Part shown: positions 26,243-39,350 of the stretch, one piece after another
Layout of the letters: every line of letters begins with the position of its first letter
Position numbering within the stretch: position 1 is the stretch's first letter
Origin: Eledone cirrhosa
Lineage: Eukaryota
Assembly: GCA_964016885.1 (NCBI GenBank)
Contig: OZ024742.1
Location: 56,110,001-56,174,000, forward strand
Length of the DNA: 64,000 nucleotides
Direction of reading: 5' to 3'
Notes under the pieces: model-generated
What the model saw: only the letters and a program-made list of their open reading frames with translations
What the model was told of the DNA's origin: nothing
The model's database searches: none
Program-made: the position numbers and the translations under genes

Positions 26243-28538
26243 AAGTTTTATTTAAAATTGTTGGGTTACAACGAGTAAATATTTTATAACTGATATAAAA
26301 GCCCTCAACAGGTTTTGGAGTATTTTACGATATAAAACAAATGGAAACTACATTTATAAAACCATATTTATTTCATTATATATATTTCAGGGATATCATA
26401 TTAAAAATATGGTATGCCCTCTTCAGATAAAATACAATATATAAACAGCTTTATAAATAAATAAATTCGACATACCTTAGAATTTTACAACTTCCATTTA
26501 AAAAGTTGTTATGGTAGTGAAAATGTTAAGGACGGTTAGAAAGAAGACGGAGAAAAAAGAAAAAGAAAAAGAAAAAGAAAAAGAAGGAGAAAAGAAAAAG
26601 AAAGAGCGGAAGGTGAAGAAGATGAAGAAATGTATGTAAAGAGAAAACCACCAAATGAGAGATTAATGAGGGAAGGGGGTACTGTAATTATTTATTTATT
26701 TATTTATTTATTTAGTGTTAAGGATACGGGGATAAATAAAAACAAAAATAAATAAGGAGAGGTAGATCGAGTAATATCTATTATATTCTTGGCGTTTTTA
26801 ATATTTTAATATATTGATATCTGTTCTATTCTATGCTTGAACGAGAATCATGTAAGAAAAGGCAAGAATATTATTATTATTAATAATGTATATTTTATGT
26901 ATATATATATATGTATGTACACATATATGTATGGTAAATTCTTTTTTAACGCAATGAAGATTTTCATGTGAAATAAAAATTTACTGAGCTGATCATGTAA
27001 ACTCACATGTGTCTATAATATCAATTTGAGATAACCTTCTCTTTTTCTTTCTCTTTTCTCTTTTTTTCATGAAAATACATATATACTTATGTATTTCAAT
27101 ATTTTTTGAAGTTTTATCTCAGATTTTGATTATAAACCTATGAATTTTTAAACTAAACATATAGTCATTATTTTTTCACACATTATTGATATGTGTCTCA
27201 TTCATGAATATTGATATTTACATTATAATTCATTAAAATTTAACCAACTATGGACTAGGGCAGATAGAGATAGCAATTTTGACATTACTATGGGATCATC
27301 TGACTCAGCTCAGGTAACAGACCTTGTGGGCCTATTTATAATTAATTCACTACATAGGAAAATACCCGGTGCTACCGGAGGATTATATCGAGATGAAATG
27401 CTTTTACTTATTGAAAATAATAACTCTGAACTAAAGAGAAAAAGAAAACAAATTATACAATTTTTTAATTACCTTAATCTAAAAATAGAAATTGAGAATA
27501 ACCATAGAATAGTTAATTTCCTAGATGTAACATTAAATCTCAACACACGTCTTCACTATCCATTTCACAAGTTAAATGAAAACTTGAATTATGTCAATTT
27601 TAACTCCAACCACCCCAGATCTGTTAAAAATACTATAGTGAACTCTGTTCAAAAACGTATCTCAAGAATCTCATCTTATAAAAATATTTTCGACCAAAAA
27701 GCCCACTATTACAATGAAGCGTTAGCTAGAGCAGGATATAGTGATAAAATTATGTACATCGATAATAATAGACAAACTAACCAAAATAACAACAATTTTA
27801 ATTACAGTAACAACTTTAACAACTATAATAGAAAGAATTACAATAATTCCAAAAACCAGAAAAGAAATAGAACTAGAAACATAATTCTCACTAAACATTA
27901 AAACCCACATCGCTAAACTATTTTTTAATGTCCTTGACAAACGATTCCCTAGAACACATAAGTATCACTCAATTTTCAATAGACATACTATAAAATTAAC
28001 CTACTCGTCCACCAAAAATTTAGCACAAAATATTAATAGAATAAATAATAGGAATCTAAAACCTAGCCAAAATACCGATGATAGCATAAACAATATTCAA
28101 GTAAACAACTGTAACTGTAGAGATAGATCTAAATGCCCGTTAAATAACAATTGCTTAGTTAAAAATATAATATAGAACTGTAATGTTAAAACTGACTTAA
28201 ATTCTTTTAATTATGTTGGTTCCACCTCGACTGAATTTAAACTTCGCTATAGTAATCACAAGAATTCTTTCACGGATCCAAACAAAAAATCCTCAACATC
28301 ACTATCAGGCTTACTCTGGCAACTTAAAAATGATAACGTTGGATATTCGACGGTTTGGAATATAGTCTCAAGAGGGATTCCTTTTAACTCCTCCTCTGAG
28401 ACATGTGACCTCTGCGCGGAGGAGATATTCTTTATACTAAAATCTAAAAATTCCCTTAATTTACGGACCAATTTATTCAGTTGCTGCAGACATAGATTGA
28501 ACTCAACTTTTAAATATAAATATAAATTTAAAATGTAG
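26243..28538 (+). pseudogene. 5'-truncated PLE (RT 3' half plus GIY-YIG) preceded by inverted 3' UTR with HHR
   Basis: 27251-28538 reads FDITMGSSDSAQVTDLVG, GGLYRDE, VNFLDVTLNL, CNCRDRSKCPLNNNC, YVGSTS..FKLRY, CDLC, CRH, with frameshift and stop. 26243-27250 is family H UTR on the minus strand. Confidence 0.9.
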
Positions 28539-28599
28539 TATATTTACTTAAGACTTTTAATTATTTTAGAAAACTTGGCGATAAATCTTTCGATTCCTT

Positions 28600-31500
28600 C
28601 AATTCTTTAAACCTTCTTCATGAGTATATAATTAATAATGTAATTAAACTACCTTAAAATAGTGATGATCCAAATCTATTGAATTAAAATTTTTAAGCTA
28701 GATAAACTTCTATAATAAATATAAGAGCATCTGTAGAACAACCGGGTAGTGTTATTGGTACAAGGTATATATACTAATTTGTTTTTGTGGCCACTTCTAG
28801 CTAAAGCTTCGTTATAAAAGGTCGCATTTTTATCAAATACATCCTGGTTTGACGAAAGGTTAGAAATTCTGAGTGAGATATTATATGCTAGGTTTTTAAG
28901 GATAGATTTAGGGTGATTAGATTGTGAGTGTATGTAATGTAAGTTTTCGTTAGGTTTATGGTAAGGTTGGTAGATACCCGTAGATAAGTCTAATGTTATA
29001 TCAAGGAAATTAACTACTTTACTTGTGTTTTCAAATGTAATATCTAGACTATAATAGTCTTTGAGGAAAGTTCTAATAAGTTTTTTTATTTTTTTCAATC
29101 TGTGTTAGGCTAAGGTTATTGGAAAGAAGAAGACAGTCGTCACGATATAAACCACCTTTAAGGTGGGGAAAAGAAGCATTTATGTTAAATAGAAGAAAGA
29201 GGCCCACAAGATCGGTAATTTGGGCAGAATCACTTGAGCCCATAGTAATGTCGATTAGATTACTATATCTGTTTCTGGTCCAGTATTCTTTTTGAAATTC
29301 CAGTAGTGGTTGTCTATCATGTGTGATAATATTAATGTCATCCATAGTTAAGTTTGATCTATTTTTGGCAAATATCAAGGCTTTGTTCAGGAGTATAGGT
29401 GATATAGAGGAATAATAATTATCTATATCGAATTGTAGAAATGAAGCAGAATATTTATTTCTAATATTAGTAAACCAGTTAATTACCTGGGATGTGTTTT
29501 CCCGGAGTGGTAAATTAACATGTTTTCTTAATTGTGGGATGACTCTATCTAAAGAAATGTTTACTAATGATGCCAATATCAGATTTGGAAGGGCATATAA
29601 GCCTTATAGAAGGATTAGAGTTAAAGTTAGATTTGTGATCTTTCAGTTTGAAATGCGACCTTTTATAACGAAGCTTTAGCTAGAAGTGGCAAAAACAAAT
29701 TAGTATATATACCTTGTACCAATAACACTACAAACATACAACCCAATATTACCAACAAACACCAAATGAAATATATACACCTAAATGCCTCTCACACTAT
29801 ACCCCAAAATACCAACATAAAACTTAATTTCTCTAACTCTTCTAATATACAATATAGTAACTTTCAAAAAACTATTCATCCTAATACTCCAATATATGTT
29901 AATAATAAAATTCCTAATAAACAGGCTAAAACACCTAAATGAATGAATCTAACTAAAAATATGTGTAATAAAATCATTAACAATAATTCTCTTAATAAAC
30001 ATCAGGATACATCCTATAAAAATAATAAACAACATCGAAACCGTAATAGACGAGTTACTTGGTATGATGCTCCATTTAATCTACAAATTAAAGATAATAT
30101 ACCTAAAAAATGTTTTACTATCCTAGAGAAAGACTTCCCACCAAACCACAAATACCATCAAATTTTAAATAGATCAACGGTTAAATTCTCCTACTCAACA
30201 ACCAAAAACATACAACAAAATATAAGTACCTATAATGCATATAAATGTAAAAATACCATGAATATACCACCAATACATCAAACTAACCATAATACTAAAA
30301 TAAACCACAGCAAACCACCATCTCATTCACATACAAGTCGTGAAAATCCACACCTAATTTGACTATCTCCTCTGATACAGCATTCACGAAAAGTTGTAAC
30401 TGTAGAAACAAAGCAAATTGCCCATTAAAAGGAAATTGCCTTATTAATAACATAGTATATAAATGTAAAGTTAACACTAAGGACTCAATTTATTCATATA
30501 TAGGAGCTACTTCTAACCAATTTAAAGTAAGATTTAATACCCACAAACACAGTTTTAAAAATGCCGCATTAGCTAATACATCTTTAGCTGAAATAAATAA
30601 TAATTATAGAAAGAGGAATATAGATTATGACCTTAACTGGAGTGTGCTCAAAAGGGCCACCCCTTATCAAAACAATAGATATGAATGTTGATTATGTTCC
30701 CAGGAACTTTTTGAAATAATGAAATCTAAGTATATCCTATTAAATAAACGACAGGAATTAATTATATCATGTAATCATAAACTGAGAAGAACCTTTAAAT
30801 ATTATAAACCTAATTAGTATACACTTTAGAAATTATTATAATAACACTTTTTTTAAATTAGTTAACCTATAATTAATATTCTACTACTAATGAACTCCAT
30901 AATTTTATTTCCCTTTTACAACTATCTTTTCCTAAAATTTATACCATTAAGTATACATATAAACTATTTTAATTTCAGGTTATGATTCTATGTTCCTTAT
31001 AATCTATATAAATTATTATTTCTCACTAATAAATTTAACCCCCCCCCCCCCCCCAATAATAATTATTATTTTTTTTTTTTTTTTCCTTCGTTTTTAACAG
31101 CACTCTTAAATTACATCTAACTCTTATTTATCATATCTATATGAATTAATGTAAATTTATCAATATAAGTATACCTATCAATTTTATTCATTTATTTTCT
31201 TTTTATAGATGCAAATTCCCTATATTTTAAATAAGATTGATATTTTTCACTAACACATTTATCGTAAAATTTTATTCTCCTTAGATATTTACATTGGCAT
31301 TATTCTTTTATAACATCAATTTTTCGTGTACCTTTTACCGACTTGACCTATTTTCATTCCTAAAATAATCTTTTCATTCATCATACTCTTTCCATTCAAA
31401 ACTGAAATCTGCCTTCCTCTACCCCTAAATTAAAGTTCTATTACTACTATTCTACCATATTGACCTTTTACTACCTTTCTATTGGTCAATTCAAAACCTG

Positions 31501-31747
31501 TTCCCAAACAGACCTATTATATTAAATCTTTGTTGGTTTTTTTCAATAAACAAATATCATTATTTCTGAAGACAGCAGATATATGTGTAGGTATGTATAT
31601 TCCCTCTGATAGTTTGTAAACATTTTACATAGATCTATATGATATACATATCAACACAAACACATATATATCCTAGAAACGATCGTAAAATGATTAATTT
31701 TTTAATATAAGGAACTGTTTCTTTGTTTTTATTCATTATTTTTATTA

Positions 31748-31750
<3 letters not shown>
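28600..31750 (+). mobile_element. PLE with inverted 5' part, decayed
   Basis: RT on minus at about 28745-29655 (FDIDNYYSSI, ITMGSSDSAQ, GGLYRDD). The plus strand resumes at about 29660 with a short overlap (ttttataacgaagctttagctagaagtggc) and runs through CNCRNKANCPLKGNC and GIY-YIG to about 30817. The 3' UTR runs to (TA)n at 31751. Confidence 0.9.
31562..31691 (+). ncRNA. Type I hammerhead ribozyme with long stem II in PLE 3' UTR (family K)
   Basis: attt-CTGAAGA-cAGcaGATATATGTG...CACATATAtATCCTa-GAAA-cgatcGTA-aaat. Confidence 0.75.
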
Positions 31751-31831
<81 letters not shown>

Positions 31832-31924
31832 TTTCTGAATTTGTTTAGCAAGATTCTTTATCTGAAATCGTGTGTTGAAACCCATACTGTTATACTTTGG
31901 GAGGGTCATGTTGCCAATAAGAAA

Positions 31925-32161
31925 ATATCCACTTCTGCGTTTACGGATTGACTTTGTTAGTTTCAAAAGATCCCGTTAAGGGTGAAAGCAGCGATTCTTT
32001 GCTTAAACTTTAATCTGTTATTTTAATATACATGGACACACTAGAAGAGGAAGATCAAGGTTAACATTTGTAAATTTATAAATTTATAAATATATAATAA
32101 ATTGAAGTGAAAGCAACTGGTGCGTGTGTTTCTTATTGGCAACATGACCCTCCCAAAGTAT

Positions 32162-32192
<31 letters not shown>

Positions 32193-32680
32193 GTAATAAT
32201 AATAAATTTGAAGACTAAAATCCAAAGAGGGCTCGATAAGGATAAATATATATCAAATATATAAGAACAGTAGAGCAAATATTTATTAAAATAACAGATT
32301 AAAGTTTAAGCAAAGAATCGCTGCTTTCACCCTTAACGGGATCTTCTGAAACTAACAAAGTCAATCTGTAACGACCTCTTTTATACCATAAACGTGGTTC
32401 TGTCTTTGCGCGTAATTGTTTTTCACCGCTCCTATTGATGACGTATTATATTCGTTTTTTCCCGTTCTTTGCCAGCGAACGTTTCCACGAATCAAAGTAT
32501 CGTCTTCCTGTCTTCCCCCGCTTGCAATGTTTTTTGAAATATCCACTTCTGCGTTTACGGATTGACTTTGTTAGTTTCAAAAGATCCCGTTAAGGGTGAA
32601 AGCAGCGATTCTTTGCTTAAACTTTAATCTGTTATTTTAATATACATGGACACACTAGAAGAGGAAGACCAAGGTTAACA
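31925..32680. repeat. Duplicated and fold-back non-coding repeat interleaved with family A ends
   Basis: 31925-32068 matches 32537-32680. 32287-32370 is an inverted copy. Confidence 0.65.
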
Positions 32681-32808
32681 TATGTTGATGCCCTGAGGAC
32701 AGACACTGGTCTGTTGGAGATGCAGGATATGGCAGCGATAATGAGGGACAGAGACCGCTGGAGAGAACTCGTCCATGGATCTCGGGAATTTTACCCGCCT
32801 TAGATAGA
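32680..32808 (+). mobile_element. RTE-type LINE extreme 3' end
   Basis: YVDALRTDTGLLEMQDMAAIMRDRDRWRELV, followed by a stop and a tagatagata tail. Confidence 0.6.
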
Positions 32809-33079
32809 TATATATATATATACACACACGTGAGTGTGAAAGACCAAAAGTCATATTGAAAATCTGTGGTTTTCGCAAAATATATAATATTTTTTTATTG
32901 GAGAAGGTAAGATATCTTTCCGAAAAAATTTAATTTCACTGTTTTGTTTCCACTTACGTATTTTTGAAAATGTTATTTATTCATTATAAAAATTAAATGA
33001 TAGAACTCTATATCTAGGTGGGCCCCCTTCATCTCCTGGCAACCAATATTTTTAGACGCAGTCCGCCACTATATATATA

Positions 33080-33275
33080 TAACGAAGGAAGTGTGGTAAG
33101 GAACCAGATGGAGCATAACGCACCAGAGTACTCAATACTTAGGGTAGTAGAGTGGGTAATAGGAAAATGTTTGATTCCGACGGCGGAGCTCAAGCCGTTT
33201 CGGCGGCTATTTCTGGACTCCAGAAATAGCCGTAGAAACGGCTTGAGCTCTGCCGTCGGGGTCAAACATTTTCCT
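33080..33275. repeat. Short fold-back copy of a PLE 3' end
   Basis: 33081-33215 is the reverse-complement homologue of 49670-49800. 33160-33215 mirrors 33225-33275. Confidence 0.6.
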
Positions 33276-33299
33276 ATATATATATGAATATATATATAT

Positions 33300-33940
33300 A
33301 TATGTGTACATAAGTGTAAGTATGTATGTATACGTACATACATATATGTATACAGACGCACAGTAGTATGTATATATATATACACACATACACACATATA
33401 TATATGCACGTATCGGTTTACCGAACATTTATTATAATGCTCGGTTTGTTGGTAAACAAACAAACAGCCTGAATCACGCCGTACAGTGTTTAGGCAACCA
33501 CGTCACCTTTTTGTTCAACTCTGACACAGGAACGATGTACTAGTTTCAAGCTTATTAGCCATCGTCAGCATCGCATACCTTCCTGCCAGATGGTTGAATG
33601 TCTGAAAGTATATATTTTCCTTATGCATATTAACGGCAGAGCAGCCTAATTTGCATATCGAGTGAGTTTAGTCGGCTGGGCGCACCGAAAACGATAAATG
33701 GAATAGAATGAAACGAAATTTCATTTCTCACTCTTAGTACGGCAGTTACTTAAACGTAAGTATGTATGTATGTATACGTACATACATATATGTATATAGA
33801 CGCACAGTAGTATGTATATATATACATGCACACACATATATATATGCACGTATCGGTTTACCGAACATCTATTATAATGCTCGGTTTATTTGTAAACAAA
33901 CAGCCCGAATCACGCCGTACAGTGTTTAGGCAACCGCGTC
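33300..33940 (-). mobile_element. Family F HHR element, partial tandem
   Basis: 33315-33503 repeats at about 33757-33940. HHR at 33532-33574(-). Confidence 0.8.
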
Positions 33941-33941
33941 T

Positions 33942-34700
33942 TACTGCAATCCCACTACATCTCTTGTGTGTCCAAAAATTACGTTGTGTGCACCTTATGG
34001 AATTTTTGCCCACCCCTTTTTGACATATCGAACAAGGCCACTTTCCTTGTGGTATCACCTGTCTTCTGTTCCGCTCTTCAAAACGTTCGTCTTTGCTAAA
34101 TTACATTTTAGGCCCCCCAACTCTAGGTGGTTCTTCCATGCTTGAAACTCAGCTATGAGGACTAGATCGTCAGCATATGGGAGCTCCCATGGAGTGCCAG
34201 ATTTAAATTTCTCAGTGATGGTCTGAAGCACAATGATAAACAGGAGTGATCCCTGGTGGAGCACTACCTGCAATTCAAATTCAACAATCTTCTCATTGCC
34301 AACTCTCAATCTGCTAGTTGCTCCCTATACATACGGTCTACTCGTCTCCATCTAGCTTCTTAAGTGTCCACCAGCTTATAGAATGGGGACCCTGCCACTG
34401 TATCGAATGCTCGATACATTGGCTTACAATTAGCTAAATACCTGACATTGTTGTCTTACTAGAGACAGCGTATCAATAGTACCACTACCTGGCATAAATC
34501 CGAACTGCATCTCATCTAACCTGCTTCTGTCCTTAATTAACTTTGCTATAACTCTTTCAGTAAGTTTCATGATTTGGTCCATCAACTTGATTCCTTTATA
34601 GTTACTTCTCTCTCGTTCACCCCCCTTGCCTTTGTAGCAATTTACAATGACACTGCGGAGCGAGTCGTTGGGTATGACACCATCCTGTACAACTTGATGA
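33942..34700 (-). pseudogene. RTE-clade LINE RT fragment
   Basis: IVNCYKGKG..NYKGIKLMDQIMK..QFGFMPG, VLHQGS, LPYADDLVL, GKWPCSICQKGVGKNSI..WTHKRCSGI. Confidence 0.85.
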
Positions 34701-34934
34701 TTATATACATATTGGCAGAACATAAAATATACATGTAGTTAATTACACATAGAAAACAATGATTCCTATGTTTAAGTCAATAAATAGAGCAAGATTATCA
34801 TTGAGAAACATGTATTTGTGCATTTTGGAAATGTTTTCAGTCTTTGTACAGTCCTTCACTACTTCGACAATTAAAAATGAACACTATTACGAATTTCAAT
34901 TTTTATGTTTCCACATTTTGACAATAAATCTTGC

Positions 34935-35170
34935 TCATCTGTGGCACAGCAGTTTGCTGAGGTGTAGTGAATTATATCTTTCGGCAAAGCAGTGTCTTGA
35001 TAGGCAGCTAAATACATCTTGCTGCACAGCAATGTACTAGGGTGGATCTAATTATATCTTCCGACATAATAGTGTACTGAGGGGCAGATAAATACCTCTT
35101 GCGGCCCAGCAGTGTATTGACGTGTAGCTAATATCTTGCGGCACAGCAGTGCGCTGACATGCACGTAATT
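34935..35170. repeat. Degenerate minisatellite, about 39-bp unit, about 6 copies
   Basis: Recurring tcttgcggcacagcagtgtantga....agctaa.ta-like unit. Confidence 0.55.
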
Positions 35171-35876
35171 TCACCTCGTAGGGCAGAGTTTGGGAACTCA
35201 GATTAGTTAGACGTCTAATCAGAGAATTGTCAAGGAGTTCATTTTGTATTATATTGTTGTCAAAGGAATTTAAGGATAATTGTATTTTTGTTTTTTAATG
35301 AGGCATGTTCGGATACCATTCAATAGTATCAATATATACATGCTGGTTTGAATAATCTGTGTTCAGTAGCCTTTCTCTACATGCTGATTGCTGATTTCAA
35401 AACGCGCTATATATTTAATTATATCGGAGTTATTGCTTCATAAACTCCAGTAACAAACCTCATTCTCAGCTGTGACAGAGGGAAGTATGAGAATAACATA
35501 TACAGTGATTACGTGCAACGTCAGAAAAATGCTCATTAGGGTTAGATACGGTGAGTAAAGAAAATATTATGAACGAGTGAACAATATTTGTTCTTCACAC
35601 GATCAGGGGAGACAACTTAGAAATGCATAATGAAATTGTATCAGCAATAACATAGATTTCGATGTTGCGTATTGGCCCTCTAGCAACAAATTTGCAATAT
35701 ATAGAATATTTACAACAGCGAAATATAGTTATGGCTGATTTAATTAGAAAATGGTGCTGAACACCTGCTGAAGGACTATGATCGGTTTCGTTATTTTAAA
35801 TATTCCAGATTTTCAACATGGCGCCATAAGAAACGATTCTACTCGAACATCTTCATTATACAAACATATATATATA

Positions 35877-35923
<47 letters not shown>

Positions 35924-35942
35924 GTACACATACTCATACGCG

Positions 35943-36029
<87 letters not shown>

Positions 36030-36031
<2 letters not shown>

Positions 36032-37186
36032 TGTTATACTTTGGGAGGGTCATGTTGCCAATAAGAAACACATGCACCAGTTGCTTTCACTTCAATTTAT
36101 TATAATTAATTTATAAATTTAGGAATTTATAAATTTCCGGTTGGTTGGTTGGTTCCACAACCAGATTTTTGTTTATATATTGTCAAAGTTCTTTCGTCAC
36201 ACATTCTGTGACCTCTTCAGTGACTGGGGATTCTTTTCTTTGTTTTTTGTGCCTCTCCTTTGTTCTGTCCTACGCCATCTTGTTTTTGTGTGTGTGTTGT
36301 GTGCTTCATTTGCGCATGTGCTACATCCGGGTGTCTGTGTGTGTTTATATTCGTTTATTTATTTGTTTATTTACATGTTACTGGTTGGTTGTTTGTTCTA
36401 TATGCCTGTGTGTTTCATTTTGTCCTTAATTGTAAGTTGTGATGTTGCTGTTCCACTCATGTTTTCTATTTAATTTTGGTTGTAATTCATTTATGTTTAT
36501 TGCCTCTGTGAATTGTCTAAACATTGCGTCTTTTCTGTGTGTAGATTCTATTTTTATTTCTATGTTCTCTAATTTAGCCTTATGTTCTATGGGTAAATTA
36601 GAGAACATAGAAATAAAAATAGAATCTACACACAGAAAAGACGCAATGTTTAGACAAATCACAGAGGCAATAAACATAAATGAATTACAACCAAAATTAA
36701 ATAGAAAACATGAGTGGAACAGCAACATCACAACTTACAATTAAGGACAAAATGAAAACATACACGCACATAGAACAAATAACCAACAAGTATCATGTAA
36801 ATAAACAAATAAATAAACGAATATAAACACACACAAACACCCGGATGTAACACATGCGCAAACTAAGCACACGACACACACACAAAAACAAGATGGCGTA
36901 GGACAGAGGAAAGGAGAGGCACAAAAAACAAAGAAAAGAATCCCCAGTCACTGAAGAGGTCACAGAATGTGTGACGAAAGAACATTGACAATATATAAAC
37001 AACCATCTGATTGTGGAACCAACCAACCAACCGGAAATTTATAAATTGCTAAATTTATTATAATAAATCGAAGTGAAAGCAACTGGTGCGTGTGTTTCGT
37101 ATTGGCAACATGACCCTCCCAAAGTATAATATCGGTTTCAACACACGTTTTCAGATAAAGAATCTTGCTAAACAAATTCAGAAACG

Positions 37187-37190
<4 letters not shown>
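36030..37190. mobile_element. Family A PLE 3' end, fold-back copy
   Basis: Near-palindrome centred at about 36585. Reads KLENIEIKIESTHRKDAMFRQITEAININELQPKLNRKHEW. HHR in both arms. Confidence 0.85.
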
Positions 37191-37236
<46 letters not shown>

Positions 37237-37270
37237 CATGGAATAAATGACAAGTATATACAAAAGTTTT

Positions 37271-37332
<62 letters not shown>

Positions 37333-37627
37333 AAAACTTTTGTATATACTTGTCATTTATTCCATGATATCAGTGACCAGGTGGCAAAGTTGTGACTAAA
37401 TTATTGACAAGACGAAAGAAAAGAAAATTGGAAATGTAGCCTCTAGCAAAAATGTTTGAATATTCTGCAAGCCTTGCGGATTCTGAAAGGTTACGTCATC
37501 TAGGTTACAATTCTGTTATTGAATGCATTGTTTCAATGTAGTCCATATGTAATATGTGGTTTATATTCTATTTTAAAATAGAAAAAAATAGGGAATATAT
37601 AATAAAACGTTATTTATTTTTTAATTA

Positions 37628-37790
37628 GCTGTCGGTGAATTGGCAGTATCGGTAGAGGGTCGGACGCCATGCTTTGACGCATAGAGTTACGGCCCTTACC
37701 ATTCTGAGTTCAAATCCCGTCGAGGTTAACTTTGCCTTTCATCCTAACGGGGGTCGATAAAATAAAGTACCAGTAATACACTGGGATAAT
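37628..37790 (+). mobile_element. tRNA-derived SINE with A and B boxes
   Basis: tggcagtatcggtag (A box), gagttcaaatcc (B box), then the conserved body catcc..ggggtcgataaaataaagtaccagt. Confidence 0.85.
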
Positions 37791-38174
37791 TATTTAATTA
37801 GCTGTCACTCTACATGATTTTGTTATGGTTATTTCGCCTACAGCAAATAATGAATCCCTTGTGTAAAGTTCTGTGATCCTCATGCTACCACATATATGTT
37901 CTTCTTCTCACCCTAGTGAGAGCTAACTATTAACGCAGACAACGTGATGCTAGATTTCTGAAATTCCAATAATCCACTCTGTATGGTATGAATGGATAAA
38001 CAATGAATAACTTTAACAAGCATTAACAGATACTTTCTAATTTATTGTTTTCCTAGCTGAATAGACTACGATACATTAAGAAATTATTCATCATTAGAAT
38101 ACAACTAAGTACGAACGAGTATATAAGCTCATCAAATACGTGTTTCTATGTGGTTCTCTGGATGTATATAGGCC

Positions 38175-38213
38175 TTCTGACGAGGACCCAAATAGGTACG
38201 AAAATCGATTAAA
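38175..38213 (+). ncRNA. Isolated minimal hammerhead motif (family L)
   Basis: tt-CTGACGA-GgACC caaata GGTaC-GAAA-atcgatTA-aa. Stem I has only 2 bp. Confidence 0.6.
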
Positions 38214-38561
38214 CTTGTTTATCATTTTTTTGAATTGACAGAAAAATTCGTATTTTTTGGCACGTTTAAATGTTTACACATTAAACATTTGTATATTTAT
38301 ATACACACTATTCTCCGGTTACTTGAACGCTGCTAAAAACTATACGAAACCAGCTGCAACTCTCTTTCCTATCAAAAGCTCAAACACAACGCTACTTGTT
38401 TCATTTGCTACTGTTCCATGTACACCAGAGCTAATGGTACGACCATAAGGTACCAAAACCATAATGAGAAGTGACTGTACTAATTCGTTTGTTTTCCGTT
38501 GTCTTCTTCACATCGTGTCTGATTCAAATGAATTTAAAGATTTGTTCTCTCTCTCTCTCTA

Positions 38562-38620
<59 letters not shown>

Positions 38621-38727
38621 ACAGCAAATCTTTAAATTCATTAGCCACTTTGCACCTCTTGCCAATTCATAATCTGTTACACGTCACCCGTGTTTATTTG
38701 TATCTTTTCCAGTTATACCAATCTAAA

Positions 38728-38830
38728 CCAGGTGCCTTAGTAGTTAGAATGTTGGACACACGAACATATGGATCGTTGTTTCGATTCCAGATCAGTGTGG
38801 AACGTTGTGGTTTTAAGCAAAATAATTTAA
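38728..38830 (+). mobile_element. Old tRNA-related SINE head
   Basis: A-box-like tgccttagtagttag and B-box-like gtttcgattcc. Confidence 0.4.
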
Positions 38831-39155
38831 TTTCAAATTGTTCCTACTGCCAGGAGTTTCGACAGATAATATCAGTAATATAAGGAACAATGGAATTATA
38901 TCTTCTTTGATTCGATCAGTTTCTTTTCTATTAATTTCATTTATAAATGTACATCCTACAAACTATAACGTTTTGCCTTTCATTGTCAATGTTCAATCTA
39001 TATTAGTAGATGAACTGAACATTATATATTTGTCATGTTACTGAGATTACTTTCTGTTACAAATCTGCATTTCGCGGATTGCTGATGGTCACACGAATAG
39101 TATGTGATCAGCGACAATCTGCGGATCTCAGAGTAGCAACAGAGTGTAACCTAAG

Positions 39156-39197
<42 letters not shown>

Positions 39198-39255
39198 CTT
39201 AGGTTTCATTTCGTTTTCCTTTTATTTCGTTTTCATTCATTTCATTTTATTTCAA

Positions 39256-39350
<95 letters not shown>

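Noticed and set aside
30689-30691. TGA within EC*LC as possible selenocysteine
   Set aside because: It falls on the variable position of CxLC, not on a Cys, in a decayed copy.
34935-35170. CRISPR-like periodicity
   Set aside because: Degenerate units without unique spacers, no cas genes, and a eukaryotic context.
37628-37725. tRNA gene
   Set aside because: The A/B boxes run into a multi-copy SINE body, and I could not build a clean cloverleaf.
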